Shown: positions 62,150 through 64,000 of the stretch, piece after piece
Numbering within the stretch: the stretch's first letter is position 1
Layout of the letters: each line of letters begins with the position of its first letter
NCBI GenBank assembly: GCA_003344405.1
Contig: NOWV01000125.1
Span: 124,001-188,000 of the forward strand
Source of the DNA: Trichoplax sp. H2
Lineage: Eukaryota
Reading direction: 5' to 3'
DNA length: 64,000 nucleotides
Made by a program: the position numbers and the translations under genes
Notes under the pieces: model-generated
Seen by the model: the letters and a program-made list of their open reading frames with translations, nothing else
Told to the model about the DNA's origin: nothing
Database searches by the model: none

Positions 62150-63350
62150 CCTTGCTAAGTACTCTACCCAAGAGGCAATTCTATGCGATCTTATCATCAA
62201 TCGCTTTGACGAAGCTTAGCAAGTAATTATAGTACATGCTATCACGTTTGCTAGCAGATATGAAAGAAGAATGGGTCAATATGTTGTGTCGTTCAATTTA
62301 GCTCCTCATACAATATCGATAACGATATTTTGAAGTATTATTACGTGAATAAATTAGTTGCAAGTGCAAAATTGTATTGCATTCTACTAGGGCAATAAAT
62401 GAATGCTAATCCAGTTTATAAAAAAGCTTACATTAGGTACCTAGTGGCACTGGTGAGAAAAATAATCCGGAGAGAATATTTCCTAGCATTGTTTATAAAA
62501 TCATGAAAACCATATCATCTGTTATGTAACTTACTTTATTTGCAAATTGTGTAAGAATAGAAAAGGAAAGCCTTGAACAGCCAGATACGAGCATTGCAGA
62601 GATTAACTCAATTTAGGCTCTTTAGCTGCCATCATAGCAATAGCAACTTATAAATTCGAGATGGTTTTCCGTTAATAAAACCTGCAGAAATATTACTGTC
62701 ATAACCGTATCGATAAGAGATTCTGCTAGCTGTTGCATTCTTTTAAGTTGACACTGCTATTTGTCTACATTAGCAGCAAAAATACTGATCGTCATATACG
62801 AAAAAGGGAGAAAAGGGAAAAATTGATTACGTCCTATCAAGAACGCTTAAACATTCTTTATTTTGCAATTGTGATAATCCTAATAATGAATTTTAAGATT
62901 AGGCGTAAAACTCTTAGATAGTTTTAAATACGGTGAAATCCTGTAAATTTATTGCCATATTTGAAATCAGAAAATCTTTGTTACGATAATAATTATATTC
63001 AATGTCTACAATTATTGACTCAGATGGCGGCATTTCATTTAAACTAAAATCTTTATAGAAATTAGATTAATGAGGTATACTTTCATGATTAAAATATGAA
63101 ATTAATCATCATTGAACTTAAAAAGATCTACCATTGGCGTTTAAGTTTTCACTTTCTCATCCAAAGAAAGAAATAAATATATTAATATGCCTAATTCGAA
63201 AGATAGAGAATAGAAAATATAAAAGCTGTAGGAGCGATATTACAAATGGCTCATAGCTAATATGAGAATCATAGCGACAAGTAGCGACACTAAGGTTCCA
63301 AATGTCAAAGTCCAATATTCGCTACATTTTTGCGTAAACGGAGAGACCGT
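62150..63350 (+). pseudogene. Decayed TPR-repeat gene (kinesin-light-chain/NPHP3-like repeat type)
   Basis: Recurring frameshifted remnants of the KSLxIxLxxLGxNHPxIAxxYxNIGxVY repeat: YHQSL (~62190), RLTQ/LGS..IA.TY (~62600), EIRKSLL..NVYN (~62965), KSL/EIRL (~63050), LNLKRSTIG (~63112), ENHSD/VAT (~63265). Confidence 0.45.
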
Positions 63351-64000
63351 AAATATAATTCAGTACGTGTTTAACAGGACTCGAAAACCTTGCTTGACAA
63401 GTAATTAAAAATTAGCTGGTTCATTTAACATTGCAACAAAGAAAAAAATAGTGAATATTGTTGATACGTAACTAACAGGATCAATAGCTTAACGATATGA
63501 AATTTGGCATATAGAAAAAGGGTTGTTGTCCTTAGTATTAAGGCTTTTAACTATTTTCTTAAAATGAGGAAATCTTAAGTAAATAAATCATTAAGATATT
63601 TAGCCCGGCTTTTCTAACATTATCAATTACTATCGAATAATTACCATTTTAAAAATTGGCAATACATTAATAATTGATTAATTATCAAATCAAATCGTTA
63701 CATCTAAATCACTATAAATTATATTAGTTTAAATTGTATTCCATATATTTAAACTTTGCTCATAATTATGTTGTTTGAAAGCGTTATTGACATATACCTA
63801 TATTTAAATTACTTATCCATGCATTAATAACGATCTATTGTAATTGCTATGAAACAATACAAAATCTATATTGTAGTTGAAATATTTACGAAAAACAACT
63901 AACTACCGTATATTTATGTGTCGTAAACAATTTAAAAGTTGCAGCTACTTTCTGTAGTAATTAATACTTAAAATTGATTTATAAATTTGTAGAGTAATTA

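Overview
AT-rich, gene-dense eukaryotic (metazoan) DNA with many short (~70-130 nt) GT-AG introns. The style suggests a placozoan (Trichoplax-like) genome, but that is inference. Eight intact spliced genes can be reconstructed by hand: ULK4 (+), MYPT1/PPP1R12-like (+), NDUFB8 (-) head-to-head with NTMT1 (+), COPB1 (+), ORP1L/OSBPL1A (-), and two divergently arranged TSPO paralogues (one canonical, one strongly diverged). The intergenic DNA appears largely built from decayed relics: a PHD + Ulp1/C48 protease-like multi-exon locus, a CR1/L2-like RT fragment, a Gypsy pol fragment, an LRR-GPCR, a rhodopsin-type GPCR and a TPR gene. Also present are an indel-free 11 x 80-bp tandem array, several intronic duplications, a pair of duplicated 63-nt exons, a probable GC-AG intron, and clusters of a palindromic TACTGTACAGTA-like motif at gene 5' ends. 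No CRISPR array, tRNA or rRNA was recognised. I found no clearly new biological system; the best leads are the promoter motif clusters, the TSPO pair, and the protease relic next to the 80-bp array. Relic calls come from eyeballed motifs and need HMM confirmation.
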